Shown here piece after piece: positions 12,938 through 24,457 of a stretch of DNA of 64,000 bases (position 1 is its first letter; every line of letters starts with the position of its first letter). Where the stretch lies: NCBI GenBank assembly GCA_040357565.1, contig JBDODJ010000017.1; one strand, 5' to 3'. The position numbers and the translations under genes are program-made. The notes under the pieces were generated by a model, which saw only the letters and a program-made list of their open reading frames with translations, was not told the DNA's origin and did no database searches. This stretch comes from Cercozoa sp. M6MM (Eukaryota; Protista; Endomyxa: Ascetosporea).

Positions 12938-13419
12938 ATGCGTCACCTATCGCGTCTGCTCGTTGCTGTCCTTGCACTTGCCGCTGCGCTGACGATTGGT
13001 GTAGAGGCTACGCAGGAGGGTTCTACCGCGAACACTGCAGCAGGTAAAACAACGCTGAAGAATTGGAACTGACATTCAATGAATCACCAGTGTCGAATCG
13101 TACCAGAATTCTACTGCTTATCACTGTCACAGAAAGCGTTGCACCGTTGCCGACACCTATTTTGGCCGAAACGAAGCCAGCCGCCAGTGCCCCGAAGCCA
13201 AAACCAAAACGCCGTTGTCGCTACTTAGGTGAGTTTTAAACTGAAACTGCCCCACCCCTCACCGGCACCCTCCGAATCGATCCTGTTCCTCACTCTGAAT
13301 TGTTTGTTGTAGACTCGGGGTCTCACGACTTTAAACCCACTCCAGAGCAGGTGGCTCAGTTCAACCGTTGCTCCAACGGCAACAAATCCGCGGACTCAGG
13401 CGCAAGCCAAGGGGACTAA
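12938..13419 (+). CDS. Small secreted protein / putative prepropeptide (102 aa, 3 exons)
   Basis: Exons 12938-13043, 13133-13228 and 13313-13419 splice in frame (309 nt). Signal peptide MRHLSRLLVAVLALAAALTIGVEA; KRR then a 2-Cys C-terminal segment. Confidence 0.75.
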
Positions 13420-14490
13420 TGGCAAATACAACCTGGGCCGGGGTGCAGCCTCCGCAACCAGCACTGGCAGCATAGCACCACTGATGTTCAGTCACTGTGT
13501 TTCATCCAGCACTCACGGCAGTCCGTAAAGAGGGTAGCGCAAGTGCAGCGCAGCTTTTAAGACGCGATGCGTGACTCTTCCGATCTGTATAACAGCAACC
13601 AACCACATATCGAAGAGGGATAGGGACGAGAAGACACCGAAAGTGATCCCCAGCGTGTCGTCGGCAAAATCGAGTCGCAAATTCATGGCACCCAGCTCGT
13701 TCAACAAGTATGATACAGTATACTTAGAACCGAGAAGAATGTTAGAACCGAGCATACCATCTCGGCCGAATCGCACACCACCCTTGTTCTTGCTCGCCGT
13801 CGTCCGTCAAGTCGTCTTCTCGTCTACGCTACTGTAACTTACTCGTACTGAGCGACGCTACCTAGTAGCTAGTATTCGATTCGATTGTAATTTACCGAAT
13901 TCGGATGCGTATTACAGCATGAGCTGCTGTGTCCGCGCGGAAGCAACCCTACAACTTACAAAAATCCTCAAAAGGTGGAAGATGCCGACGTGTGTTCGCT
14001 GGTATCCGGACCTACTGAGAGCTTCAATCCAGACTGTGGAACACCTGTGTTTGAGTAGGGAAGCCTTGAGCAAGATTACTTGTGTTTGAACTCAAAGAAG
14101 GGCTCTCTCGACCAGGTAATCTGATCTCTCCAGGACCAGTTGTCTCCGCTTCTACCCGTCCTCTGCCTTTCCAGAGGCCTTTCGTCTTTTCTTCTTTTCC
14201 TTACTTCACGCCAACTCAAGTACTTCTGAATCCACTACTCTGCTCTGACGACGTCTTTCCGTCTCAAGAACCCTTTTTAACTCCCTGCAGTAAAAACATC
14301 TGACGGGCTTTCTTTGCTTACGTTCCTTGATTTTTTTTGTATTTAAGCAAAGTACCGTCGCGTACCCTCAAATTTAGCGAGGAAGCCTGATCCCTATCTG
14401 AGAGGGCAGCGGTAACAGTGCATGCGCCCGCGTTTGATACGCCAGCATATGATCGTATCGTATGGACCAGATCCCGTCCAGTCCATTGAG

Positions 14491-15948
14491 TTAAACCTGG
14501 GTGGTAACAACCCGCGCAGTGACGACAACGGCACTGCTGACAGCGAGTGTAGGCGCGGCCTTCTCGAGCTGTCGCAGGCGTCGCCGGCGCGCCATGGCAA
14601 CGATGAGCTGCAGAAAGGCGTCGCGGAACAAAAAGACGAGTGCTGCCGTAAGTGTCGACTGCACCTGCGTGTTTCACACCAAGCAACGCCGAGTCACGTT
14701 ATTTGTTAAAGCTAAAAAGAAAGGTACCAGCTTCAGTCGCAGACCATTAAAGAAACTGAGAGCGCCCTCCTCTTGCAACTGCACAAGCACAGAGACATCC
14801 TTGGTACAAAGCACAAGACAGCAGGAAGCAAAAGTAGTCGTACCATAGCTTGTGCCAGAGCAACAATTGACAGCAGTTTGCGCAGCTGTGTTGTCACCCG
14901 ACACGTCGACTCCGCCGACTGCTGTTGCTCGGCCTGCTGTTCCTCCTCGGTGGTGTCACGTTGCAGACGCACCTTGAGTGTCTGGATCGGGTAAGTCGCC
15001 AGCGTGGCTGCGATCTTGCTCAAAGCACCAATCAGGAAGATCTGCAGCGGCGACAGCTTGAGAAACTGCAAGTGCAAAATAGTCAAGTCAAACAGTCAAA
15101 TCTCCTGAGTCAAGTCTTTTTTCAGTCAAACACTCTTCCACTCAAACATTGTTTCCGTTACTTTGAGTCAAACCTGACTCTTATAGTATGGAAAGAGAGA
15201 GGGTATACCTTGGATTTGGTGGCCACGAAACGTGCCAGCAGTCGCTTCAACAAAGCTGCCGCGGCGAACTGAACCGCCGGGTTCGAGCACAGCACGAGCG
15301 ACGGCACCATGCCACTCACGAGCCACGACAGACCATGCCGCTCGTGCAACTCGCGAATCTGCAGTCCCAAACAATAAACCCAACAGAAACGGCAATGTTA
15401 CACGAGAGCTGTACCGTCGACAAAAAGGAAGCGTGGTCACCCTCCCGTTTGGCAGTGATCTGTCGCGCATTCACGACCCAGAGCCAGTTGGTACTGTCAT
15501 ACGTGATATAGCAGGAACAATATAAAGCAGAAGGGTAAAGAAAGAGTACAGCAGAACAGTGCCGACGCCACTGGCGAACCCAACGGCCAGATTGCGCGAC
15601 GGCGACGACCCAGCACGCAGCAGTTTCGAGAACTTGCTGAAGAAGTAGTAGTACACTCCGTTCTGCACGGCCATCGAAAACATGGCGCCGCCAAAGCCCT
15701 TGTACAACGCGCTCATGCCCTGCTGCTGCACCAGCTGTCGCAGCATGCGCACGTTGCCGCCTGCCTCGCGCTGCCGCGACTGTACCTTCACGACGGCCGT
15801 GAACAACGGGTACGTTATGCTGTCCAACACACCCACTCTCAACACAACACTAAGCCTGCTCATACAATGTGCCATACCCCAGGGACGCGCAGCCTGCAGC
15901 GGTGCCTGCCACCGCAGACATCCACGGCGCACCGGAAGTCGACGTCAT
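14491..15948 (-). CDS. Mitochondrial-carrier-family protein, peroxisomal PMP34/SLC25A17-like
   Basis: Three carrier repeats: TYPLFTAVVKVQ, TNWLWVVNARQ, TYPIQTLKVRLQ; also LYKGFGG, GVYYYF, PSLVLCSNPAVQF and EEGALSFFNGL. Confidence 0.85.
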
Positions 15949-16302
15949 GAGCAAGGCTGCCGAAATGCACAAAAACTTATTGCAATCACAAAAATGAAAA
16001 AACACGACAGCCTAGTCGGCCCTAAACAAGCCAGTATGCTCACTCACCTATTAAACTTGCCAATTTAGCGCGTCTACCGTCTTCGTGTCAAGGAATTGCT
16101 GCCAGCACGAAGTCCACGGAGTCCCGATCAGCCGCTGGGAGCTCGCCGCCAAAACAATATAAATTGAGTCTCAGCAAACCCGCCTCACGTGTACTCCTGC
16201 CTTGCATGCAGTATTAACACAGTGTCACGCTTCCACAAATCACGTTTTCTCGCAGCCAGCAACACATCGTTTTTGTGAGGGCGGCTGCCGTGCAGTTGTG
16301 GT

Positions 16303-17987
16303 ATGGAGACACCTCTTAACGTCGCAACTAGAAGTGTTGCCACTCGGCATGACTCGATCCCAGTCGGCGCCTCTCCGAAGCTGACTGTTACTTTGCCCGC
16401 CGCTTCTGAAAGCCCAATACGAGGCTCCAAACGTGTCCTCCGAACTGACTCTGACACGAACTTTGGTAAAAGGCACTCCCTGCGTTGCCTCGAGTCCCTC
16501 AATCTCAAGTTATTTGGATTGTAGTTCTTGCACTCACTGGCGGCGACGAAACCTTTGTCTCAATCTTTCAACAAGCAGCGAAGGAGCTTACGAATCAAGA
16601 TGGCGTATGTATTTTCATAACCTTTTGAATACTACATTTGAGACCTTTGGATTGTGTTTAGGAGTATGCCTCCGTGAGTGAGCATTCCACCGACAGCCAG
16701 GTTACGCACTTGATCATTTCCACTGTTGAAAACGACGTTCCTCGCACAAGTAACTCTTCTGGCTTCCAGTGCTCTCATTGTTTTTGCTTTGTTCGATGCT
16801 TTCTTTGACCTTCAGTTCGACTGCTGTGTGCTCTCGCAAGGAGACAAGCAGGCCGACAGGTCCACCTACTGTCGATCGAGTGGCTGTTTGACTCAATGGC
16901 CGCAAAGCAGTGGCTTCCGTGCAATGATGAGAAGTACTTGTGGCAGCTGCCTGAGGAGCTTCCAGTCTCGTCTGTTCAGTTCCAGTTGGTATGCTCGGTT
17001 CTAACATTCTTCCGAGGACTCGCATATTTTTTATTCAGGACAAAGACGCAAAGAAGTTGGGTGACATGCGAATCATCATCTGCGAGACTTTGAGACGAAA
17101 GTTCAAGTCGCCTTCATTCGAAGAGCTGCAAGCTGTGGCCGAACAAGCGAATGCGACTGTCATTTGTCTCGTACCCTCTTTCTGCAGCTTCGAACCCATT
17201 GTTTGGTATTGTTCTAGTGCCTCAGAGAACGAAAACAATGGCCGGTGTGAATCGTGGCATCGAACGAAACAGCAGCGACAACAAAAACACTGTCGTGCTG
17301 GCGCCAAAGTCGATGCAACTGATTCTGCCTGATGAAATGCACCTCGTCTCACCTTTGGTACCTTTTGTTGCTTTCTTCTGTTGACTTGCTTCTATTATAC
17401 GTGCGCAATTCTTTAGTGGCTTTTTGACTCGGTTTCGCAAGGCAAAGTTTTAGCGTTTGATCATCCACGCGCACGAGTCGCAAACCCCAAGTCTCGCGAA
17501 CGAAAGACGCGAAGAAGCAAGGTCAGTGCGAGAATCGAAACCGTGTCGGAAAAGGAGAACTCGCGAAGCACGCGGCCGCCGAAGAAAAAGAGGCGGAAAG
17601 TTTCGACCGAAACTGGCTCGACTTCTCAACAACGAAAACCTCGAGTGCAGCAAGCAGAGCAGTCAAAGCTTCAGTCGCAGGAACAAACAGCAGAACAGCA
17701 GCGGCAGCCGCAACAGCAACAAGAGCAACAAGAACAACCACAGCAAGAGTCAAAGCAGCAGTCTCAGCAACAACCAAAACCATCAGAAGAACAACAGCCA
17801 CAACAGCAGCAAACAAAACCATCAGAAGAACAGTCACATCAGCAACAAACAAAACCATCAGAAGAACAACATCCACCCCAGCAACAAAAACCTTCAGAGG
17901 AACAATTTCCACACCAGCAGCAACCAAAACAAGCAGAAGAACAACAGTTACAGCAACAGCAGCAACAACAGCAGGAAGAATCACCCC

Positions 17988-18033
<46 letters not shown>

Positions 18034-18043
18034 NNNNNNNNNN

Positions 18044-18089
<46 letters not shown>

Positions 18090-18216
18090 CCACTCCAACA
18101 GGAACAACAACCACTGCAGCAGGAACAACAACCACTCCAACAGAAACAACAACCACTCCAACAGGAACAACAACCACTCCAACAGGAACAANNNNNNNNN
18201 NCAGCAACAACAGCAA

Positions 18217-18249
<33 letters not shown>

Positions 18250-18531
18250 GAGCAGCAACAACAACTCTGCCTCAGTGAAACCACGCCGAACAAAGAAGCA
18301 GTTGCAGCAGTGACAGTGCAGGTGCCAGCTGTCATTGTCAATGGTTCTAACGTCTCGGAACCGCTCAGTCCTGAGTCCAAGGAGGTCGCCGTCGATGACA
18401 CGGGTGATCACGCCGATTTTTTCATGCCCGACTTCCAGTTTGAGCCAAGTGACCACGAAGAGGAACGTTCGGGTCGCCATGGCAACGCAATGCAACTGGA
18501 CTCGCTTGAATTTGATTTTGATGACATGTGA
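16303..18531 (+). CDS. Tandem BRCT-domain protein with NLS and long Gln-rich tail
   Basis: Spliced exons give VLALTG...VTHLII...PRTIRLLCALAR...LLSIEWLFDSMAAKQWLP (BRCT signature), then a second BRCT-like start (PSFEELQAVAEQANATVI), PPKKKRRKV NLS and polyQ. Two N gaps lie in the tail. Confidence 0.7.
17690..18262 (+). repeat. Coding (CAA)n/(CAG)n microsatellite plus ~33-bp and 21-bp tandem units, with assembly gaps at 18034-18043 and 18192-18201
   Basis: Repeated aaaaccatcagaagaac and ccactccaacaggaacaacaa units are visible. Confidence 0.9.
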
Positions 18532-20302
18532 CGTCAGTACTATTTACCAGTTGACGAGGAGTCTAACTAGATATTTAATAAAATTCCATTCGTTGGTTGA
18601 AATTGTGATTTCACTTCAACTGAATTCGTAATCTCAAACCTAATGCGAGTGGCAACCACCCTTGATACTGGACGATAGTTCGGTTTCAAACTGAAGGAAC
18701 TTGAAGCAAATTTGCAGGCAAATTAAATGCCAGCTGATGGTGAGAAAGGAGAGCAGGATCATGCCCGGGTGACGTGCCTAAAATTGCGGACTGTACAAGC
18801 CAGGTCACGCAACTTGCGACGGTGTTCACCCAAAGTCTCAAAGCAGCTTGGCACGACTGCGGGTTTTTAGTTTAAGATGGGCTACCTGCAGGCAGTTTTG
18901 TTCTCGGCGTTGCTATCGACTATCTGTGCATCTTGGGTAGAATTGGCCCTGACTTCGGAGCAGAGGTATGTTGTTTGAATGGTCTACAGTAGTACTCAAC
19001 GCGTGTGGCTCTGCATGCGCGTTGTTCACTTTCCCCGGCCCTAGGAGAGAACTTCTCGGCTTGCCCCCGACAGAGTCCCCTCGCTTTGTTTCCTCTGTTG
19101 GCAGTGGCGAAACTGCGGAGTCTAGTGTACCACCAATTGAATGGACCCCAAGTCCACGCTGGGGACCGCGTCGAGAACAACTTGAAAACAAGTACTCCCT
19201 AATGCCTGCCTTCTTGTTTCCTCGAGGGGTGAGCCAACAGATATTTGTTGAGCGGTCTTTGAACACAGAGGAATTTGTCTTGTGCAGACTTTGGAGGCTC
19301 AGGAGGCGCTTTCCGTGTCGATAGCCTCACCAGTGCACACCGCAATGTATCGCACTGGTGGATTGCTCAGCGCGAGCTCTTGTAGTTCGCCGCCGCTTGG
19401 AGACAATGTAAACTTAAATTTACCTCCGCTTCCATTTTGACCTTTAGGTTAACATTGTCTCTGACCCAGGGGCGACCTCGTGTTGTGGCGATTCTGCGAC
19501 CTCAAACCTCGCAACCAGGACAGTAAGCTCAGTGTAAACTCCCAGTGAAGCATGTCCCACAGAGTAAATTTGTTTTTGCTGTTGCAGAAACACAGTCGAT
19601 GTGCTGAAGGTGTCAAAGCCGCCGAGTGGCCACTCTGCCGAACGGAACTTTGATGACGCTTCGGTTCGAGGAGACACGCTGTTTTATACTCTGTCCGAGG
19701 TGGCGCAGCAACTGACTTCTTCGCAGTATTAATAAATTTACTCTATTTATAGACGATATGTCGCGGACATAAACTTAAATATATATAAATTGATATATTT
19801 ATATATAATTAAACTGTAAGTTCTGGAATTTCCCCTGCGTGTCAACTTTAGAATCAACAGTGTCAAACCTGAGTTCGCTCAAGGAAGTCCTTCTCTACAA
19901 AACGTATTGTTCGTCTCAGCTCCGAGAGGAAGCAACACCGAAAGTTGGAAACCGCTTCTAATAGGTACAGTACAGCTTTGTAGCACTATACTGAAATGTT
20001 GTCACAACTATGTATCAATGCACAGATGTAAAGACAAAGAACGTGCGCGCAACGGTCTCAAAATACTTTCGTTCGATGTAATTTGCATACGTTTGATATC
20101 ACAAATGGTGACTTTAACAGGCTCAGATTAAGGTGTGCACATCAACAACTTTTGAAGACGCCAACCTTCCTTCCATGTGGCGATCCGGCTGTTCGTTTGC
20201 TGGTATAGTCAGCTTTCAAATATTGCCTGTGATGCTTTTTGAGGTATTGTGGGCAGTGATACCAGCGAAAGCGCCGCAAACGTACACTTGGCGTTCGCTG
20301 GA

Positions 20303-20790
20303 GATGGCCGAGCGTCGGCATAGTTTCCTCTCGCAGTGGCTCGACTCGACGCCACAGGCTGCGGTTGGCGAACACGTTGAAGAAGAAGACGACATTTTCG
20401 GCGAAACAGTCGAAACGAATGAAGTTGAGGACAACGATCAGTGCGCATGCGATGATGCTGTCTTTTTCAGCACACGCCCTCACGCTCCCTCGGTACACTG
20501 ACTCAAACTGGAATCCACTGTGTACACAGCACTGTGCGAAGCCCGGTGCACTGCCGCCGCTGCATCGGCGTGCCTCTGTCTTTGCGAATAATGCCAGTGG
20601 CAGCTTCGATGCAACGGAGAACTGGCCTTTAACCAGTCGCACGGATCCGGAAGTAGCTCGACAGGAGGTGAGATCATTTCTGACCGTCAGCAACCGCCAT
20701 TTTGCTACTTCACTTGGTCCAGTGGAAACTCCTCTCCGACAGAATGTGAAACTGTGCTCTCGATTTCCGTTGACGAGCGACGTTGGGTAA
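20303..20790 (+). CDS. Short hypothetical protein (spliced)
   Basis: MAERRHSFLSQWLDSTP...EEEDDIFGE followed by plausible GT-AG introns; 3' end uncertain. Confidence 0.35.
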
Positions 20791-21066
20791 TTGCCGAAAA
20801 TAAAAAGTCAACAACATTGACTGTTTATAAACGTCATCAAACGAAACACCAGAAACAACTATCCATCAGCCTGAACGTCAATTATTTTGGAAGCAGACTG
20901 GCCAGCTACTGCGTTGTAACACACGCCATTGCTGTGTGTACAGACGTGTGTTTATCGTTACCAGGCTCCCAAGCAGCACGTGAGCGCACCGCAAAGCTTG
21001 GCGCGAATTATTTCTTTTCTCGACCACAGTCTCTGCAGCAGTGCCAACCGCTGTCACACAGTGCAC

Positions 21067-22079
21067 ATGTCCTCTGAATTCGCCCCCTCGTCCAATGACG
21101 TGACCGTGAAGGTGTGTTCATGCTCCGTTTGACTGAGGTTTGCTGATCACTTTTTTGATTTGTGTGCTTTTGCTTTCGAAAGGTCGGCCTGATTGGCGAG
21201 TCACAGACGGGCAAGACGTCGCTTATGGGTCCGTTGTTCTGTTGTTTCCGTTTGTTCGTAAATCCTTACTTGTCGGTGTTGCAGTCAAGTACATTGAAGG
21301 TAAGTTTGACGAGGACTACATTGTGACTCTGGGCGTCACGTTCATGGACAAGACGATCCGCATCAAGAACCTCAACATCACGTTCAGTATTTGGTGCGTT
21401 TCGCTCGCTTGCCTTTCTTTTGTCAAGTTTTTGCCATGTGGACTATTGATGTCTCTCAGGGATCTCGGTGGCCAGCAACAGTACCTCGGCATGCTGCCGC
21501 TCGTTTGCAACGATGCGCACGCACTGCTGTTCACGTTCGACCTGACGCGCAAGGCCTCGCTCACGGTACATTGTTTTATTGTGCCCTGTTATGCCTTCCC
21601 TCTTCACAGTTCTTGCTTGCGAGTGCAGGCAGTCAAGCAGTGGTACCGACAAGCACGGCCGTACAACAAGAAGGCCATCCCGCTACTGATCGGTACCAAG
21701 TTCGACCTGTTCGACCAGCTGCCCGAAGCCGAGAAGGCCGACATTACCAAGCAGGTGTGTTTGCGTTGCCTTTGTGTGGACTGCCAACTCCTTTCTGACA
21801 GGTATCCTTGGAAGTGAATGCTTTGTTTGCGTTGCTGGACAGGCGCGCAAGTTCGCCAAGGCGATGAAGGCGCCGCTGATCTTCTGCTCGGCCGCCTCGT
21901 CGATCAACATCAGCAAGATCTTCAAGATCATCCTGTCCAAGGTGTTCGACATGCGCTGCGCAGTCAAGGAACTCAAGGGTGTCGGCGTGCCTGTCATCGA
22001 GTACCGAAACGTCGGCGGCAGCTCGTCCAAGAGAAAAGACGGCGCCGAGCAGGAGCAGCAGCCGGCCGAGGCGTCGTAA
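21067..22079 (+). CDS. SPG1: Spg1/Tem1 small GTPase (septation initiation / mitotic exit network)
   Basis: KVGLIGESQTGKTSLMVKY, YIVTLGVTFMDK, WDLGGQ, MLPLVCNDA, WYRQAR, IGTKFD and AKAMKAPLIFCSA across 5 GT-AG introns. Confidence 0.92.
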
Positions 22080-22417
22080 GCCGGCACTCCTCGTGTGACC
22101 TTCCCTCCCCTCTCTCATTTGATCTTCGGTGTCGACTTGGACTCGGCTCGACTCGCTCTGCACAACTGCAAGAGGAAAAACTGAGGACTGTTTTTTGTTT
22201 TATCTTCGCTTGTTTTATGATCTGTACAACGGAACGGTGCTGCGCTAACGGCGCTGTGCTAGCTCGACTAGCCCAGAGGGCCCGGAGCGGAGAGTGAAAA
22301 GAAGCGGAGGAGCCGGCCGTCCGGTCATCTGGTCAACTCGCGAAATAACGTTGTGCCAAAAATGCTATGAAAGCCGCTTTTTTGCACTAATTTTTTGCTT
22401 TTGTGCGTGAGGGTTCT

Positions 22418-22788
22418 ATGAGTCTGCGTTTTGTGGCCTGCTCGAGGCGGTTTGGATCCGCGAGCTCAAGAAAGTTGCATTCGTCATTGCCTGTCAGGAT
22501 GAGGCAGTCGCGGCGTTTAGCAACCGCTGCTGAGAACATAGAGACGGCGAAGAAAGAGCTTGAAGCAATCGCTAAAGGCACAGCTGATCGTAATCTGTCC
22601 GCTTTTTAATGCCTTACTGTACTGGCACCATATTACGCCGCTGGTAATTTAGGTGGCTCGGCCTTGTACATGCAGCCGATGATTGTCGTGTCGCTTTGTG
22701 GATTCTTGGGGAGCATGCTTCTGTATCATTACCTGGTATCGGAGGGCGAAGAGGAGGAGGAAAAATCTCGTTGGCGTTTCAGTTTGTA
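22418..22788 (+). CDS. Small single-pass membrane protein with mitochondrial-type presequence
   Basis: Arg/Ser-rich N-terminus MSLRFVACSRRFGSASSRKLHSS; one intron; then a TM segment MIVVSLCGFLGSMLLYHYL and an acidic tail ending TAA. Confidence 0.55.
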
Positions 22789-23333
22789 AAACTCTTTCTG
22801 CAGTCTCAACGAAATGCGTAATAGGTTCTCTTCTCTCTGACAACGGTTGCATTGTGATAGTCAACGCTTCCGCGAGATTTGGTCAAAAGACGACGGCAAG
22901 CCAGAGTAACGTCTCTCCGGCTCGATCCGATTCAGTTTAATTGTGACTTTGACTCGTTCGTGGTCATGTGGGTTCGGACCAAATAAACCAAACCAAACCC
23001 CCTCACTCCAACTGAACTGTCACGCTAAATTTACGTTAAGACTGAACAACTCAACGATCGCCTATCCTACTCACTGACAGTCGAACCTGACAGCGCAGAA
23101 TTCGAAGACTCGTCGTAAATTACTGACAGTGTTTGTGATCTGATCTCAGTCATGTTGGAATACAGTTACAGGAAGAGTCAGTGATTTAACGAAAAGAGAA
23201 GAACAGCGCTGAGATGAAGCAGGCGTTGAAGCATACAGCAGTCGACAAAGAAGCAGCACTCGATGAATTGGTGTAAATGTCCTGTATCAGGCGCTGCACT
23301 GCCTCGATGCGGTGCAAAATTTCCTGCATAAAT

Positions 23334-24130
23334 TTACATGACGCACTCAAGCTTGTAGTCTCGTGTTCTGGGAAAGACCTGATGAGACGCGAGTAGTCCC
23401 GGCGAAGAAGCACCAAAGTACACAGTCAGCGCTCCGTCATTGTAGCGATCGATCGTGTATTGACCAGTTGTCGAACGAGCCAGCTGAGGCAACTCGTAGC
23501 GCACCCGAACGCCTTGTGTCTCGCCGTAACTGTCGCAGGCTTGAGTAACCCTGCGCAACATTTGATGCACTTTGCGAGTGTCGCGTCCTCTTTTGCAAAA
23601 CACGAGAGCGTTGCGTGTGTGCAGCATCTGCGAGAGGTCAGCTTGTGCCTGAGATTTTGTGAGAGTGTCCAACTTGGCACGAGTCACTTCGACCCTCGCT
23701 TGCGATGAAGCATTCGCACATGCTGACCCGTGTACCCAGACCCTGCCATGTCCGGTGATGATATTCAAGGGATGTTCCAGGTCCCATCCTGCTGCAAATT
23801 ACGCTACTTTTTTCGTGAGTAAGAGCTGATTGGTAGTCATACCATCGTGCTTTTTGCATTGCGTGATTCCGCGCTGCAAGTGCGATGTCACTTCGGAGTA
23901 TTTTGTCGAGTGAAAGTCGATTTGGCACCGTTGTGCACTTGAACCCGAAACGCTCATTATGACCAAGAGCCCGATCGCTGAGAGTGACAATCCCGTCATG
24001 ATGCTGGCTTGTGCTATACAAGAGCACTATGCAGGCAGTTTTCGCTCAAGGATTGGCATGCGACATGGCACGCCTCGCATTCTGTCCACGTTGTTCGGAC
24101 TTGCTGTACAGTACAGCAACAGCACATCCA
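23334..24130 (-). CDS. Putative Smr-domain protein
   Basis: SLNIITGHG matches the Smr (I/V)ITG.G motif; the exon ends YNDGALTVYF (Smr G.l.v.l). DLHG motif degenerate; ends approximate. Confidence 0.4.
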
Positions 24131-24457
24131 GAAATCTAGACACGTGGGTGCCTCGGGCGGAAAAACAAAAACAAACTCAAGTCCGAACAAATACTAGCTT
24201 CATTGACTACAATAACACCTAAACTAGTGTCACACACTACTGAACACGTTTAGTGGTTTAATCAAGGTAATTTGGGGCCCAAGCTGTGATCATTTCCTCC
24301 TGGCTCAAAAATTGGGCCGCCCGAAAGGGGTGGGTTCACCAACGCAAAGGGGATTTGAGAGTAAACTTATAGTATCATAAGTTTACAGCCGACTGATGGT
24401 GCTATGAGTACAATGTGTTCAGAGTTCAGAGGCGAAGACGCTGGGGCGCCGGCAACT

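Noticed and set aside
19651-19715. TGATGA...CTGA pair as a box C/D snoRNA
   Set aside because: No convincing terminal stem and no rRNA-complementary guide that I can recognise.
22578-22652. Possible GC-AG introns (here and at ~34596)
   Set aside because: A nearby in-phase GT donor explains the junction equally well.
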